A stretch of 61,379 nucleotides of DNA, the filler included, from an uncultured Myxococcia bacterium (GTDB lineage Bacteria > CAZTWC01): NCBI GenBank assembly GCA_964617105.1. It is 5 parts of 5 records of this genome, joined end to end, with 100 filler letters (N's around TTAATTAATTAA, not from the genome) between each part and the next. Parts side by side here need not be neighbours in the genome. Positions count along the whole stretch, not along the records: positions 24,868 to 37,029 come from CAZTWC010000096.1; positions 37,130 to 49,276 come from CAZTWC010000097.1; 3 more parts are not named here. One strand, given 5' to 3'. Under the pieces are notes generated by a model. It was given only the letters and a program-made list of their open reading frames with translations. It made no database searches and was not told the DNA's origin. Below, in pieces: positions 30,445-40,601 of the stretch; the first letter of the stretch is position 1, and each line of letters begins with the position of its first letter. A program made the translations under genes and the position numbers.

Positions 30445-30460
30445 AGGGGACTATGCTGAG

Positions 30461-31087
30461 ATGAAATTATTTTCCGGATGGGGGCGAATATTCTTGCTGC
30501 CCCTATTCTTGCTACCCCTATTTTGGACCTGTGCTGCCGGCCAAAAGGATGGTACCTCTTTCCCTCTAAATTTTCCCAATAACCTTCGTGTTAAGATGGA
30601 TAAAAGCAAAGGACGTATCCATCTATTAGATTACGGTATCTCCTTTTTATATCCTGACCAAGCCTGGAAGCTAACAGAAGAGGGGGAGAGCGGAGTGATT
30701 TTACACCTGGTTCAAAAGGAGAGACACGCTGACCTGGTGTTAAAGTATATATCGGGTCCATCTTCTGATTTGGCGGATACGGTTCAACGGGTAAAGGAAC
30801 TCTTTAGCAACCGACCCCAACTGGACAATGTTTATATTCCCATCGACAAAGAGATTTTATTAGCCAACCGGGTTTTAGCCCGCTTGATAGTGGTGGAGTA
30901 CAATGCTCCGGTTAAATTCATTGAAAATAAAAGGATATCAGAATTAAAATTGAAAAACCGAGCAGTTTTTTTAATCTTTTTATATCGATTGGGAAAGTAT
31001 ATTTTTACTTTGAACTCCTATAGCAATACTTTTGATAAAAGTAAAAGAGATTTTGACCAGATAATAGACTCTTTGAGGTTTGAATAA
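30461..31087 (+). CDS. Secreted hypothetical protein (PsbP/DcrB-like)
   Basis: Signal peptide; GISFLYPDQAW and FDQIIDSLRF ends typical of PsbP-like folds. Confidence 0.5.
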   Translation: MKLFSGWGRIFLLPLFLLPLFWTCAAGQKDGTSFPLNFPNNLRVKMDKSKGRIHLLDYGISFLYPDQAWKLTEEGESGVILHLVQKERHADLVLKYISGPSSDLADTVQRVKELFSNRPQLDNVYIPIDKEILLANRVLARLIVVEYNAPVKFIENKRISELKLKNRAVFLIFLYRLGKYIFTLNSYSNTFDKSKRDFDQIIDSLRFE

Positions 31088-31145
31088 ATTTCGTCTAAAG
31101 CGATTGTAAATTACTCGGCAATGAATTACCGGGAATTCTTTTCTT

Positions 31146-31745
31146 ATGAAACAATATTTTTTATTGGTGGCTGCGGGAATAATTTTTATCCAGTTTTTTC
31201 TTTTAGCAGGATGCAAAGGGGAGTTGGTGCCTAAAAAGTCTGGAGTCAACAATATAGGTGAATCAAAAAAAAATCGGGGCGTAGTTTTGTCGCCTGAGTC
31301 TAATCTTCAACAGGCAGGATTAGAAATAACCACTCAAAGTGGTCGTTTGATTAATTTTCAGGTGGAAGTGGCTTACCAAGATAAAGATCGCCGCCAGGGT
31401 TTGATGTTTAGGAAAAATTTGGGGCCGGACCAGGGTATGTTGTTTATTTTTCCCTTTGCTCACCATCTATCATTTTGGATGAAAAATACCCATTTACCCC
31501 TGGATATTATTTTTATTGATCAACAGTGCCGAATCGTTAATGTTGAGGCTAATAACCAACCCTATTCAAAGGAACCGATACTAAGCCAGAAAGACGCAAT
31601 AATGGTGCTGGAGATCAATGGAGGACAGTCGGCAGAGTATGGCCTGGCGCCTGGTGACATGGTTAAAATAACGCGGTTCAAAGGAGAAAGGGAGTCTGAA
31701 TCGCAAAAAAAGTGGGAAAAACTTATGCCGGAACAGTGTGGGTAG
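31146..31745 (+). CDS. DUF192 family lipoprotein
   Basis: LAGC lipobox; VEVA...RRQGLMFR, GMLFIF, FWMKNTHLPLDIIF, VLEINGG. Confidence 0.92.
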   Translation: MKQYFLLVAAGIIFIQFFLLAGCKGELVPKKSGVNNIGESKKNRGVVLSPESNLQQAGLEITTQSGRLINFQVEVAYQDKDRRQGLMFRKNLGPDQGMLFIFPFAHHLSFWMKNTHLPLDIIFIDQQCRIVNVEANNQPYSKEPILSQKDAIMVLEINGGQSAEYGLAPGDMVKITRFKGERESESQKKWEKLMPEQCG

Positions 31746-31762
31746 AATTTATTTTTTTATGA

Positions 31763-32152
31763 TTAGGACTGGGGAAAGAGTTTTTCAAACATTATGTCAC
31801 CCAAATTCTGTACCATCAAATTTTCGATGTCCTTTTCAAATTGCAAAGTGCTGGAGTCATCGTCAAACTTGAATCTTACTCCGATCAGTTGATCAGGAGG
31901 CTGGCCGAGTATGCGGGAAACAATTCCTTTTAGTTGGTATTGGTTCTCGTTGGGAAAGGAGATAGTGATATCCAATTCCTGGTTTTCCTGCAAATTATGG
32001 TTGAGAATAAAAAGTGCTCCTGATTTGCTGATATTTTTTATTTTTGCCCTAAAAGAGCACTCCGGGTTATGACAAATTATTTCACTTTGTAAGGGTGCCC
32101 GGGCAGCCCGGCGGGCTCTGGGAACTTGTTCGGTTTTCTTCTTACCTTTCAT
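31763..32152 (-). CDS. Stand-alone PilZ-domain protein
   Basis: RRAAR (RxxxR) and NISKSG (D/NxSxxG) c-di-GMP motifs, GVRF. Confidence 0.85.
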   Translation of the reverse strand: MKGKKKTEQVPRARRAARAPLQSEIICHNPECSFRAKIKNISKSGALFILNHNLQENQELDITISFPNENQYQLKGIVSRILGQPPDQLIGVRFKFDDDSSTLQFEKDIENLMVQNLGDIMFEKLFPQS

Positions 32153-32181
32153 GTTATATTAATTAACACGACCTTAACGTT

Positions 32182-34581
32182 TTGGCAAAAAAAATATTTA
32201 AAAATGTATTAGATAAAATTAAACCTGCTAACATCTGGTGTTTTATCTACCTCTCGATGGCAATAGTTTTGACTTTTATCCCCCTGTTTAATGACTGGGG
32301 ATATGAATTTTCTTTGGTTATGACCTTACTTACCGCTCTTACCACCCCGTTCATAGTTCCAAAGTCATCGTTAAATGAATTGCTGATAACTCCGCGAAAA
32401 TATAAGGGAAAACTGGCCGCTAATACTTGTGAGACCTTCATTGGGAATGCTATAATAATCATTATCAAAAGGGTAAGGGCAATTTTGTTAAAAGGAGGTT
32501 TTCTCCTTTTGTGTTCGCAGGTAGTTATTATCTTATACGGCCTGGTTAAAGGTACCTGCAGTTATGTTGACGGCCTGCTATTTTTCATATTAATGCCTGT
32601 ATTAACTCTTGTTTATTCCGCCAGTTTAGTTGAAATGTTAAACCAATTTATAAGAAAAAGAAAATTGGCCATTATACTATATTTTGGAGTTTTTATTATC
32701 TCCCTAGGTTGGGAATTAGAGCGTCTTTATAGCCAGCCAATAATAAACATCTACAATCATTTTATTGGCTATTTTCCTGGCTCGCTTTACGATGAGATGA
32801 TAACAGTTGGATGGCCGTTTCTCTTTTTCAGAATTAACACTATATTGTTTAGCGTGATTATGATAGTCCTGGCCGCCTGGAAACTCAGTGAAAGCCGCCG
32901 AAGGGGAGGGAAGAATTTCGATTGGTCCTGGAAATTAAAAACCTTAGTGGGAATTATAATAGTTGCAATCTTTTGTTACAACTATTTTGGAGATCATTTA
33001 GGCTTTGCCCATACTAGACAGTTTATTCAAAGAAGTCTTGGCGCCAGGATAGATACTGAGCATTTCATTATATATTATCAGAAAAATACTCTGAACATCC
33101 AGCAGAAGAAACAATTAGAGATAGACCATGAATTGAACTGGCGTTTTTTGGCAAAATATTTTCAGGAGAAACCTTTAGGCAAGATAAATTCCTATATTTT
33201 TCCTTCAGACCGGGAGAAGAAAAGGCTTATGGGGGCAGGCAATACCATGGTTGCTAAACCGTGGCTCAAAGAAATTTATTTGAGTTATGGTGAATTCCCT
33301 CATCCATTGTTGATGCACGAAATGGCTCACATATTTGCTGGAAATTTTGGTGCCGGACTGTTGAAACTAAGCGGTCGGGCCATCTCTTTGAATATGGGAT
33401 TGGTGGAGGGTGCTGCTGTTAGTGCAGATTGGGATTCTGGGGAATTGACTCCCCATCAGTGGTCTGCCGCCATGAAGCGTATGGATATAATGCCCGATAT
33501 GTCCCAGGCGCTTAAACCATTTCGTTTTTGGACTCTTTCTGCCAGTCGAGTTTATACTGTAAGCGGCTCTTTTGTCCGGTTTTTAATCGATAAATACGGA
33601 ATTGAGAGGTTCAAGCAAACATACTTGCAAGGTTCTTTGGAAAAAATTTATCCAGTAACTGAAACAGAGTTAATTAAGCAGTGGAGCGATTTTTTATCCA
33701 CCATCTCCCTTTCAGAACGAGATATTTCACTGGCTAAATACAAGTTTAGGCGGAAGGCCATATTTAAACGTCGTTGTCCCCACCAGGTGGCAGAAATAAT
33801 CGATAAAATCAACCGTAGCAATTGCCGGACTCATTATACTGTTTGCGCTCGACTTTATGCTGCCTGCCAGGATTATCAGCCCGATAATCCTGCTTTTTTT
33901 TACCATGTTGCCCACTTAAAATTAAGCAATAATAAACTTGAAGGTTTAATACCATCTATTGAAGAATACACTGCAAATAATAATCCACAGGGAAGGTTGG
34001 CAGAACTGCTTCAGGAGTTGGTTGCTGACATCTTGTTAATTTCAGGTGAACTAAAGCAGGCCGAGAAAAAATATTTATCCCTGGTAGATAAGGTTAATTC
34101 AAAGGACGATATGATTAGAATATTGATTAAAATCGACGGGTTACGCAGGGGAGGGGGTTATTTGTCAGTAATAAAGGAATATTTTTACCCGTATTTTAGG
34201 CCAAATAATAAAGTGCTGTTATCCCGGTTGAAGCAATTTGCTCTAACAAATCCCATTGCGGGTTATATGTTATCAACAATGTATAATAATGTGCAAAAAC
34301 AAGCAGATAAACTGTATTATCTAATGCAAAGTGTTAATACAGTATGGTCTTCCAAGACGCAGTTTTACGATGGCACAAAGGTCCAAGAACAAAATGATTT
34401 AATTCGAGAGGTGGTGATTTTTAAGGCGATTCGGGCGGCGTTTATTCTGGAAAACTATTCGCAAGTTGAGCAGTTGGCTAATATGTTGCTAAAAAAAGGA
34501 GATTTGACAAAAGGGATGGAAAACCGGCTTAACCGGTGGATCTGGCGGGCCCGGATGTGTGTGAGTGACGTTGGAAGGTAA
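32182..34581 (+). CDS. Multi-TM membrane protein with gluzincin-like metallopeptidase domain and TPR-like tail
   Basis: About 7 TM helices, then TEHFIIYY, HEMAH (HExxH) and downstream GLVEGAA. Confidence 0.7.
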   Translation: MAKKIFKNVLDKIKPANIWCFIYLSMAIVLTFIPLFNDWGYEFSLVMTLLTALTTPFIVPKSSLNELLITPRKYKGKLAANTCETFIGNAIIIIIKRVRAILLKGGFLLLCSQVVIILYGLVKGTCSYVDGLLFFILMPVLTLVYSASLVEMLNQFIRKRKLAIILYFGVFIISLGWELERLYSQPIINIYNHFIGYFPGSLYDEMITVGWPFLFFRINTILFSVIMIVLAAWKLSESRRRGGKNFDWSWKLKTLVGIIIVAIFCYNYFGDHLGFAHTRQFIQRSLGARIDTEHFIIYYQKNTLNIQQKKQLEIDHELNWRFLAKYFQEKPLGKINSYIFPSDREKKRLMGAGNTMVAKPWLKEIYLSYGEFPHPLLMHEMAHIFAGNFGAGLLKLSGRAISLNMGLVEGAAVSADWDSGELTPHQWSAAMKRMDIMPDMSQALKPFRFWTLSASRVYTVSGSFVRFLIDKYGIERFKQTYLQGSLEKIYPVTETELIKQWSDFLSTISLSERDISLAKYKFRRKAIFKRRCPHQVAEIIDKINRSNCRTHYTVCARLYAACQDYQPDNPAFFYHVAHLKLSNNKLEGLIPSIEEYTANNNPQGRLAELLQELVADILLISGELKQAEKKYLSLVDKVNSKDDMIRILIKIDGLRRGGGYLSVIKEYFYPYFRPNNKVLLSRLKQFALTNPIAGYMLSTMYNNVQKQADKLYYLMQSVNTVWSSKTQFYDGTKVQEQNDLIREVVIFKAIRAAFILENYSQVEQLANMLLKKGDLTKGMENRLNRWIWRARMCVSDVGR

Positions 34582-34586
34582 GGGAG

Positions 34587-34934
34587 TTATATAGTTATTA
34601 CCTTTTGGTAATTAGTTATAGCCTCGACTGTGTCTTGCATGTTAGTAACAGTCCCGATTTTTAATTGGTCTTGGCGCTGATAATAATCCAGGCAGGTACC
34701 ACAAGATAGAATCTGGCAACCGTGTATTTCCAGTTTATGTAGTATTTCAAGAGTGGTTGATTCTGTTGTTGTCAAAAATATGGCATTGTTGAGGAAAATG
34801 ATTTTATCAGGAAAAACATTTACTTTAAAGAATGATTTAAAGAAATTGTTTAATAGGGTATTGCTCAAGTCTGGTTCGCCTTCGCCAAAACCTGCTGATT
34901 TAATCAGTATGAGTAGGTTTTGATTAGTTGGCAT
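34587..34934 (-). CDS. DsrE/YedF-like sulfurtransferase-family protein
   Basis: GFGEGEPDL, IIFLNNAIFL, ILSCGTCLDYY and GTVTNM, matching the YedF C-terminal domain. Confidence 0.8.
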   Translation of the reverse strand: MPTNQNLLILIKSAGFGEGEPDLSNTLLNNFFKSFFKVNVFPDKIIFLNNAIFLTTTESTTLEILHKLEIHGCQILSCGTCLDYYQRQDQLKIGTVTNMQDTVEAITNYQKVITI

Positions 34935-35046
34935 TTGTGTCTCCTTGTGGGTAAAGATGGCGAATTTTGATGTTGCTGAATGTGGTCGGGAGAATCATAG
35001 CAGTAAAGGTTGGATACTGCAAGAGATAATAGTTGGATCCGATAAG

Positions 35047-35095
35047 ATATATTATGTAAACTTAGCATTTTTTATGTTAAGTTTACATAATATAT
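35047..35095. repeat. AT-rich 22-bp-stem palindrome
   Basis: ATATATTATGTAAACTTA-GCAT / TTTTT / ATGT-TAAGTTTACATAATATAT; the 18-bp outer arms are perfect. Confidence 0.85.
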
Positions 35096-35283
35096 TGGGG
35101 GTTTGGGGGTGGTTGAGTTTATTGGCAACCGAATATCAGGCAGCCTTTTTCCAGGTTAACGGTGATGAAGGCCCTAAGTATTGATCGGTTCGCTCTTCGG
35201 TAATTGTTGCCTTGTAAAAAACATCAAAACATGTTAAATTTACCTTGTAAAAAAACAATTACCCGCAAAGATAGAAGGTTTTC

Positions 35284-36588
35284 ATGAAGAGAGATATTGA
35301 TCTGACGCTGACTGCATGGAAAGGAAAAGCCGCCAAAAAGCCTTTAATCATCAGGGGTGCCCGGCAGGTTGGCAAGACCTATTCCATTAGTGATTTTGGT
35401 AACTGTCATTTTGAAACATTCATTCGGCTCGATTTTGAGCGGGATCGATCTCTACACAAAATATTTGATGGTGATTTAGCCACCAATAGACTAATCATGG
35501 AAATTGAGATCGCCGCAAAAAAAAAGATATCTCCAGGCAAAACCCTGCTTTTTCTGGACGAGATTCAGGAATGTGAAAGAGCGCTTCTAAGTTTACGTTA
35601 TTTTTATGAGGAGATACCAGAACTTCACGTGATTGCGGCAGGTTCCATGCTTGAATTTGCACTTGGCAATGTCTCTTTCCCGGTGGGCAGGGTCTCATTT
35701 GCCTGGATGTACCCCCTGGCTTTCCATGAATTTTTGATCTCATCAGGACAAGAGTTATTGGCGGAAACATTACCAACCATTTCTGATTTTAAACCGGTCA
35801 GCAAAAGTATACATGGTAAAATTATCGAACAACTCCGTATTTATCTTCTCACGGGGGGTATGCCAGAAGCGGTTAAACGGTACTGCTTGAACGCATCACT
35901 ACAAGATTGTTTTAGCGTGCATGATGATATTTACCAATCGTATCTTCAATCGCTAGTAAAGTATCGTAGACGTGCCGATGTAGAAAGCCTTGACCACTTG
36001 ATGAGATCTGTTCCGAAACACATAGGAAAACAGTTAAAATATACCCATCTGGATCGGGATCGAAGAATTGAAAAAACAAAAACATCCCTTCAAATTCTCG
36101 AACGGGCCTTGATTATTCATCTTGTCAAATCATCAAGTGCCCTAGGTTTTCCTCTGCAAGCCGATGCGTCAGCCAAAGTCATGAAGCCACTTTTTTTGGA
36201 TGTGGGACTGATGCAACATATCTGCGGAATAAATCCACAGCATCTGCTCAGGGAAAAAGATCTTTCCAATATCTATAGAGGTTCGGTAACAGAACAATTT
36301 GTAGGTCAAGAGTTGCTTGCCGCTGGAGGATCTGAAAACGGCAAAATGTTTTATTGGTCGAGGCCGCAAAAGAGCAGTTCAGCGGAAGTTGATTACCTTT
36401 ATATAAAAGATGGAGAGATATTACCCCTTGAAGTTAAAAGCGGTCCGGCTGGAAAATTGAGAAGCCTACACCTTTTTTTAAATGAACATCCCCACGTCAA
36501 ACGCGGATATGTCATGTCTCCAATGGCTTATGATAAACAGCAGGTGGATAAAATAATATTTATTCCAGTTTATACAAGATTTGCATAA
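35284..36588 (+). CDS. AAA_14 ATPase with DUF4143 C-terminal domain
   Basis: GARQVGKT, LFLDEIQ, AAGS, TGGMPE, FLDVGL, EVDY...LEVKSG. Confidence 0.9.
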   Translation: MKRDIDLTLTAWKGKAAKKPLIIRGARQVGKTYSISDFGNCHFETFIRLDFERDRSLHKIFDGDLATNRLIMEIEIAAKKKISPGKTLLFLDEIQECERALLSLRYFYEEIPELHVIAAGSMLEFALGNVSFPVGRVSFAWMYPLAFHEFLISSGQELLAETLPTISDFKPVSKSIHGKIIEQLRIYLLTGGMPEAVKRYCLNASLQDCFSVHDDIYQSYLQSLVKYRRRADVESLDHLMRSVPKHIGKQLKYTHLDRDRRIEKTKTSLQILERALIIHLVKSSSALGFPLQADASAKVMKPLFLDVGLMQHICGINPQHLLREKDLSNIYRGSVTEQFVGQELLAAGGSENGKMFYWSRPQKSSSAEVDYLYIKDGEILPLEVKSGPAGKLRSLHLFLNEHPHVKRGYVMSPMAYDKQQVDKIIFIPVYTRFA

Positions 36589-36645
36589 ACACATCTCGAA
36601 ATGACATTTTTGTGTTGGAACTTATCATGTTTACATCTATTGCAA

Positions 36646-37029
36646 CTATATTATACCTATTTTTTCTAGACTTATTAACATATAGTTAACCAAAGCACCC
36701 ATCAAAATTGCATATATCAGCACAAAACCAAAAATGCTTATTGCAACTTTGCTTCCCCTTTCCTTTACTATGACCAGTATGGCATTTATACAGGGCACCA
36801 GGAAGGTTATAATCAAAAGATTAACGATTATTTGAATATGGTTAAAAAGTCCTTTTTCTACAAATTCTGTTAACAGGGCAACACCGGCTTCTCTTCTAAT
36901 AATCGACATCAAAAATACGTTAACACTCTCCTTGGGCAGGCCGACAAAATCTGAAAGTATTGGTTTGGCCAGATTTTCTATCAGGGCAATCCCGCCTATT
37001 TCATCAATAACGAAAACCGCAAACGCAGC
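36646..37029 (-). CDS. feoB: Ferrous iron transporter FeoB, C-terminal fragment
   Basis: Open to the contig edge (AAFAVFVIDEIGG...GLPKE...); RREAG and FLVPCINAILVIVKERG motifs. Confidence 0.8.
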   Translation of the reverse strand, partial: AAFAVFVIDEIGGIALIENLAKPILSDFVGLPKESVNVFLMSIIRREAGVALLTEFVEKGLFNHIQIIVNLLIITFLVPCINAILVIVKERGSKVAISIFGFVLIYAILMGALVNYMLISLEKIGII

Positions 37030-37129
37030 NNNNNNNNNNNNNNNNNNNNNNNNNNNNNNNNNNNNNNNNNNNNTTAATTAATTAANNNNNNNNNNNNNNN
37101 NNNNNNNNNNNNNNNNNNNNNNNNNNNNN
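37030..37129. other. Artificial contig-joining spacer
   Basis: 100-nt N run with TTAATTAATTAA. Confidence 0.98.
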
Positions 37130-37130
37130 C

Positions 37131-37331
37131 CCCAAATACGAAAAATCCACCATTGCCTGTGCCTGTGGTAATGTGATAGAAACCAGGTCAACCAGGAAAG
37201 ATTACCGGGTGGAAATTTGTTCTCAATGCCATCCTTTTTTTACCGGCAAACAAAAACTGGTTGATTCTGCCGGTAGAGTAGATCGATTTAAAAGAAAATA
37301 CTCTAACTATTTAGACAACAAAAAGAAATAG
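37131..37331 (+). CDS. rpmE: 50S ribosomal protein L31 (Zn-binding type), 5' truncated
   Basis: Not in ORF track; reads [57 protein letters not shown]...*. Confidence 0.95.
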   Translation, partial: PKYEKSTIACACGNVIETRSTRKDYRVEICSQCHPFFTGKQKLVDSAGRVDRFKRKYSNYLDNKKK

Positions 37332-37511
37332 ACTTATCCATCCTTAATGCCCGACCGGAGCTTTAAGATCAGTACATTAGTTTGCTATTCATGGCAAACT
37401 AATGGCGGAGACATTTATCGTTATAACGTCAATTGGCTCCAATCTATAACTACCGCAGTATTCACATCAAATGCTGGTTTTAATTAATCGGCTTTTATCT
37501 TTGGATCAAAA

Positions 37512-38573
37512 ATGTATTTAAATTCCGGAAAAGCAGAAGAAAACATCAAGGTTGGCGGACAGGCGGTCATAGAAGGGGTAATGATGCGTTCACCCCACAG
37601 CATGGTGATTTCGGTTCGCAAGCCGGATTCATCTATTGTGGTCAGGGATGATCAATGGCGTTCTCTGTGGGAAAAATTTAAAGTGTTCAGATTACCCTTT
37701 TTAAGGGGAACGGTTATTTTGGTTGAAACATTGGTCAATGGGATTCAGGCTCTTACCTTTTCGGCCGATCAGGCGGCTGAAGATGAGCAGGAAGGAGATA
37801 ATCAACTGGGTCCGGTTGCCATGACTCTGACCGTGGTTTTTGCCTTTGCCATGGGGCTGGTTTTGTTTGTGGTTTTGCCACATCTGTTTACCTGGCTGCT
37901 CTCTTCTGCTTTAGGCCGGGAACTAAATACCGATAATATACTTTTCCACTTTATTGATACTCTGTTCAAGTTAGGTATTTTTATTCTATATATCTATTTG
38001 ATTAGTCTGATGAAGGATATACAGCGGGTATTTATGTATCATGGCGCTGAACATAAATCCATCTATACATACGAAGCAGGGATGGAGTTAAACGTAAACA
38101 ACGCCCGCGGCTTTTCTACTCTTCACCCCCGTTGCGGCACCTCTTTTTTGATCTTGGTGTTGCTGATCAGTTTTGTTCTCTTTGGGATAATTTTTCCTTT
38201 TGTTCCACCCCTGGCGGAAAGTAAATTGCTCAATCATTTACTGTTGATAGGTATCAAAATTCCGTTGATGTTGCCAGTGGCCGGTATTTCTTATGAAATC
38301 ATCAAACTAAGTGGTAAAAAGCAGGATAATTTATTTTTTAAATTACTCTCCTGGCCAGGCATGATGGTGCAGAAACTAACTACCAAAGAACCCACCGACA
38401 ATCAACTAGAAATCGCCCTGTGTGCTTTGAGAAAATCACTTTGGCACGAGAGCAGGTGGCAGGAAAATTCGGAGCAAAACCCCAGGGAGATAAATATTTA
38501 CAAAGACTTTAACGAATTTTTAACCAAAGATCCTTCGGAAGTCAGCCAGGAGGCACAGGGGCTAGAAAATTAA
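37512..38573 (+). CDS. DUF1385 membrane protein (YqhQ-like)
   Basis: VGGQAVIEGVMMR, YHGAEHK, HPRCGTSF, TTKEP. Confidence 0.92.
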   Translation: MYLNSGKAEENIKVGGQAVIEGVMMRSPHSMVISVRKPDSSIVVRDDQWRSLWEKFKVFRLPFLRGTVILVETLVNGIQALTFSADQAAEDEQEGDNQLGPVAMTLTVVFAFAMGLVLFVVLPHLFTWLLSSALGRELNTDNILFHFIDTLFKLGIFILYIYLISLMKDIQRVFMYHGAEHKSIYTYEAGMELNVNNARGFSTLHPRCGTSFLILVLLISFVLFGIIFPFVPPLAESKLLNHLLLIGIKIPLMLPVAGISYEIIKLSGKKQDNLFFKLLSWPGMMVQKLTTKEPTDNQLEIALCALRKSLWHESRWQENSEQNPREINIYKDFNEFLTKDPSEVSQEAQGLEN

Positions 38574-38594
38574 AGTTCAGATGGAAATTAAAAC

Positions 38595-39632
38595 ATGAAG
38601 ATGGTTGAGAATAAACTGATTGAACTGAAAGAGAAATTCAGGGATATTACCGAACAATTGAGTAAGCCGGAAGTAATTACCAACCTGGAGTTATACACTG
38701 AGTTAAATAAAAAGTATAGTTGGCTGTCAGAGGTGGTTGAAAAGGATAAAGAGTTATGTTTCTTGAGGAGCGAATGGGAAGATAACAAGGAGTTGCTTAA
38801 TGACCCCGACCCCGAGGTGGCGGAATTGGGTCAGGAGGAGGATGAGAGGCTTAGTAGCCAAATTGAACAGTCGGAAAATGAGTTGCTTATTCTGTTGGTG
38901 CCTCCCGACCCAGTGGATAATAAAAATGCCTATTTAGAGATCAGGGCTGGTACCGGAGGTGAGGAGGCGGCTCTTTTTGCCGCGGATTTACTTCGCATGT
39001 ATAGGCGTTATGCAGAAAAGAAAAGGTGGATAGTGGAGGTGGTTAACCAGAGTTTAACTGGTATAGGCGGATTTAAAGAGATTATAGTTTCCATTTCCGG
39101 TAAAGGGGTCTATGGGGCTTTGAAATACGAGAGTGGCATTCACCGGGTTCAACGGGTGCCCTCTACTGAGAGTTCAGGACGGCTCCATACTTCGGCCGTA
39201 ACCGTGGCAATAATGCCGGAAGCGGAGGATGTGGAGATAAAAATAGCAGAGAGAGATCTTCGGGTTGATGTATATCGTTCTTCGGGGCCGGGCGGACAAA
39301 GCGTAAATACCACCGATTCGGCAGTAAGACTTACCCATTTACCCACCGGATTGGTGGTGACTTGCCAGGATGAGAAGTCGCAACACAAAAACAAGGCGAA
39401 AGCTTTGAAGGTTCTAAAGGCCCGCTTGCTGCAGTTGAAAATTAACCAGCAAGAGGAGGAGAGGAGACAGTTACGAAAAAACCAGGTAAAAAGCGGTGAT
39501 CGTTCCGAAAAGATCAGAACCTACAACTATCCTCAGGCGCGTCTCAGCGATCACCGGATCAATCTCACTCTGTATAAATTACCGATGATTTTAGATGGCG
39601 ATTTGGATGGAGTTATCGAGGCGGTTAATACT
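38595..39632 (+). CDS. prfA: Peptide chain release factor 1 (3' end lost in a 10-N gap)
   Basis: EIRAGTGGEEA, HRVQRVPST (PxT), SGPGGQSVN, RSEKIRTYN. Confidence 0.97.
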
Positions 39633-39654
39633 NNNNNNNNNNCGAGATGCGAAA

Positions 39655-40530
39655 ATGGACAAGGAAAGCACTCACACAATATCCGTCTTGCTAGAGAAGG
39701 GTACCAACTATCTTTTCAATTTTCAAAAGGATTCTCCTGAAATGGCGGCTGAATTGCTGCTTTGCCATCAACTTTCTATAAAACGTATAGATCTCTATTG
39801 TCGGGCTCAGGAATTAGTAGATTCAAAAGATCGGCTTGAATTTTTTAATTTGATTGAAAAGAGGGCGGCTGGTGAACCGCTTCAATATCTTCTGGGCAAG
39901 TGGGATTTTTGGGATTTTGAGTTAGAGGTAAACCACCAGGTATTGATCCCCCGTCCAGAGACAGAATTGATAGTGGAGCATATACTGAAACTCTATCCTT
40001 CCCAGCAAGAAAAAAAAACCTTTTTAGATGTAGGGACAGGCAGCGGTTGTTTGGCTATAGCCCTGGCCAGGGAGTATCCGCAAGCCCAGGTGATGGCCAT
40101 AGACAAACAAAGATCTGCTCTTAAGGTGGCTCAAAAAAATATTATCCGCCTTAATTTGCATAAACGGATTAACCTGGTTTGCGCCCACCTGCTTACAGGT
40201 CTGCGTCCAGAGCAGCGATTTGATTGCATAGTAAGCAATCCACCCTATATTGCCGAATCAGAATATGCTGGTTTGTCAAAAGAGGTAAAGTCTGAACCCG
40301 AGGCGGCGCTCAAAGCTGGAGAGGATGGGACTACTCTGATTGCGGAACTTTTGGAAAATGCACCCCGGCTATTGAACCGGGGCGGGTGGCTACTAATTGA
40401 GCATAGTCCGTGGCAAAAAGAGAAATTGGCCGAATTGGTGAAAAAGAATTGCCGGTTGTCGGCTCCTGAATTCATTAAAGATTACCATGGGCGCCACCGA
40501 TTATTGGTGATTGCCAGGATGGATACTTAG
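39655..40530 (+). CDS. prmC: Release factor glutamine methyltransferase
   Basis: GEPLQY, LIPRPETE, LDVGTGSG, SNPPY; follows prfA. Confidence 0.95.
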   Translation: MDKESTHTISVLLEKGTNYLFNFQKDSPEMAAELLLCHQLSIKRIDLYCRAQELVDSKDRLEFFNLIEKRAAGEPLQYLLGKWDFWDFELEVNHQVLIPRPETELIVEHILKLYPSQQEKKTFLDVGTGSGCLAIALAREYPQAQVMAIDKQRSALKVAQKNIIRLNLHKRINLVCAHLLTGLRPEQRFDCIVSNPPYIAESEYAGLSKEVKSEPEAALKAGEDGTTLIAELLENAPRLLNRGGWLLIEHSPWQKEKLAELVKKNCRLSAPEFIKDYHGRHRLLVIARMDT

Positions 40531-40601
40531 AGCCACTAAGAACGAAAAGAATTCCCGGGATTTTAATGCCTGGTTAAACTGTCGAAATGTAGGAGAGAAA
40601 G

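Noticed and set aside
34587-34934. Selenoprotein / UGA recoding in the YedF-like gene
   Set aside because: The CxxC motif uses ordinary Cys codons and there is no in-frame TGA.
34945-35184. 79-aa ORF between the yedF-like and AAA_14 genes
   Set aside because: No RBS or motif, and it runs through a long palindrome; probably non-coding.
37375-37404. 13-bp hairpin after rpmE as an intrinsic terminator
   Set aside because: The stem CATTAGTTTGCTA/TGGCAAACTAATG is real but has no U-tract, so its function cannot be supported.
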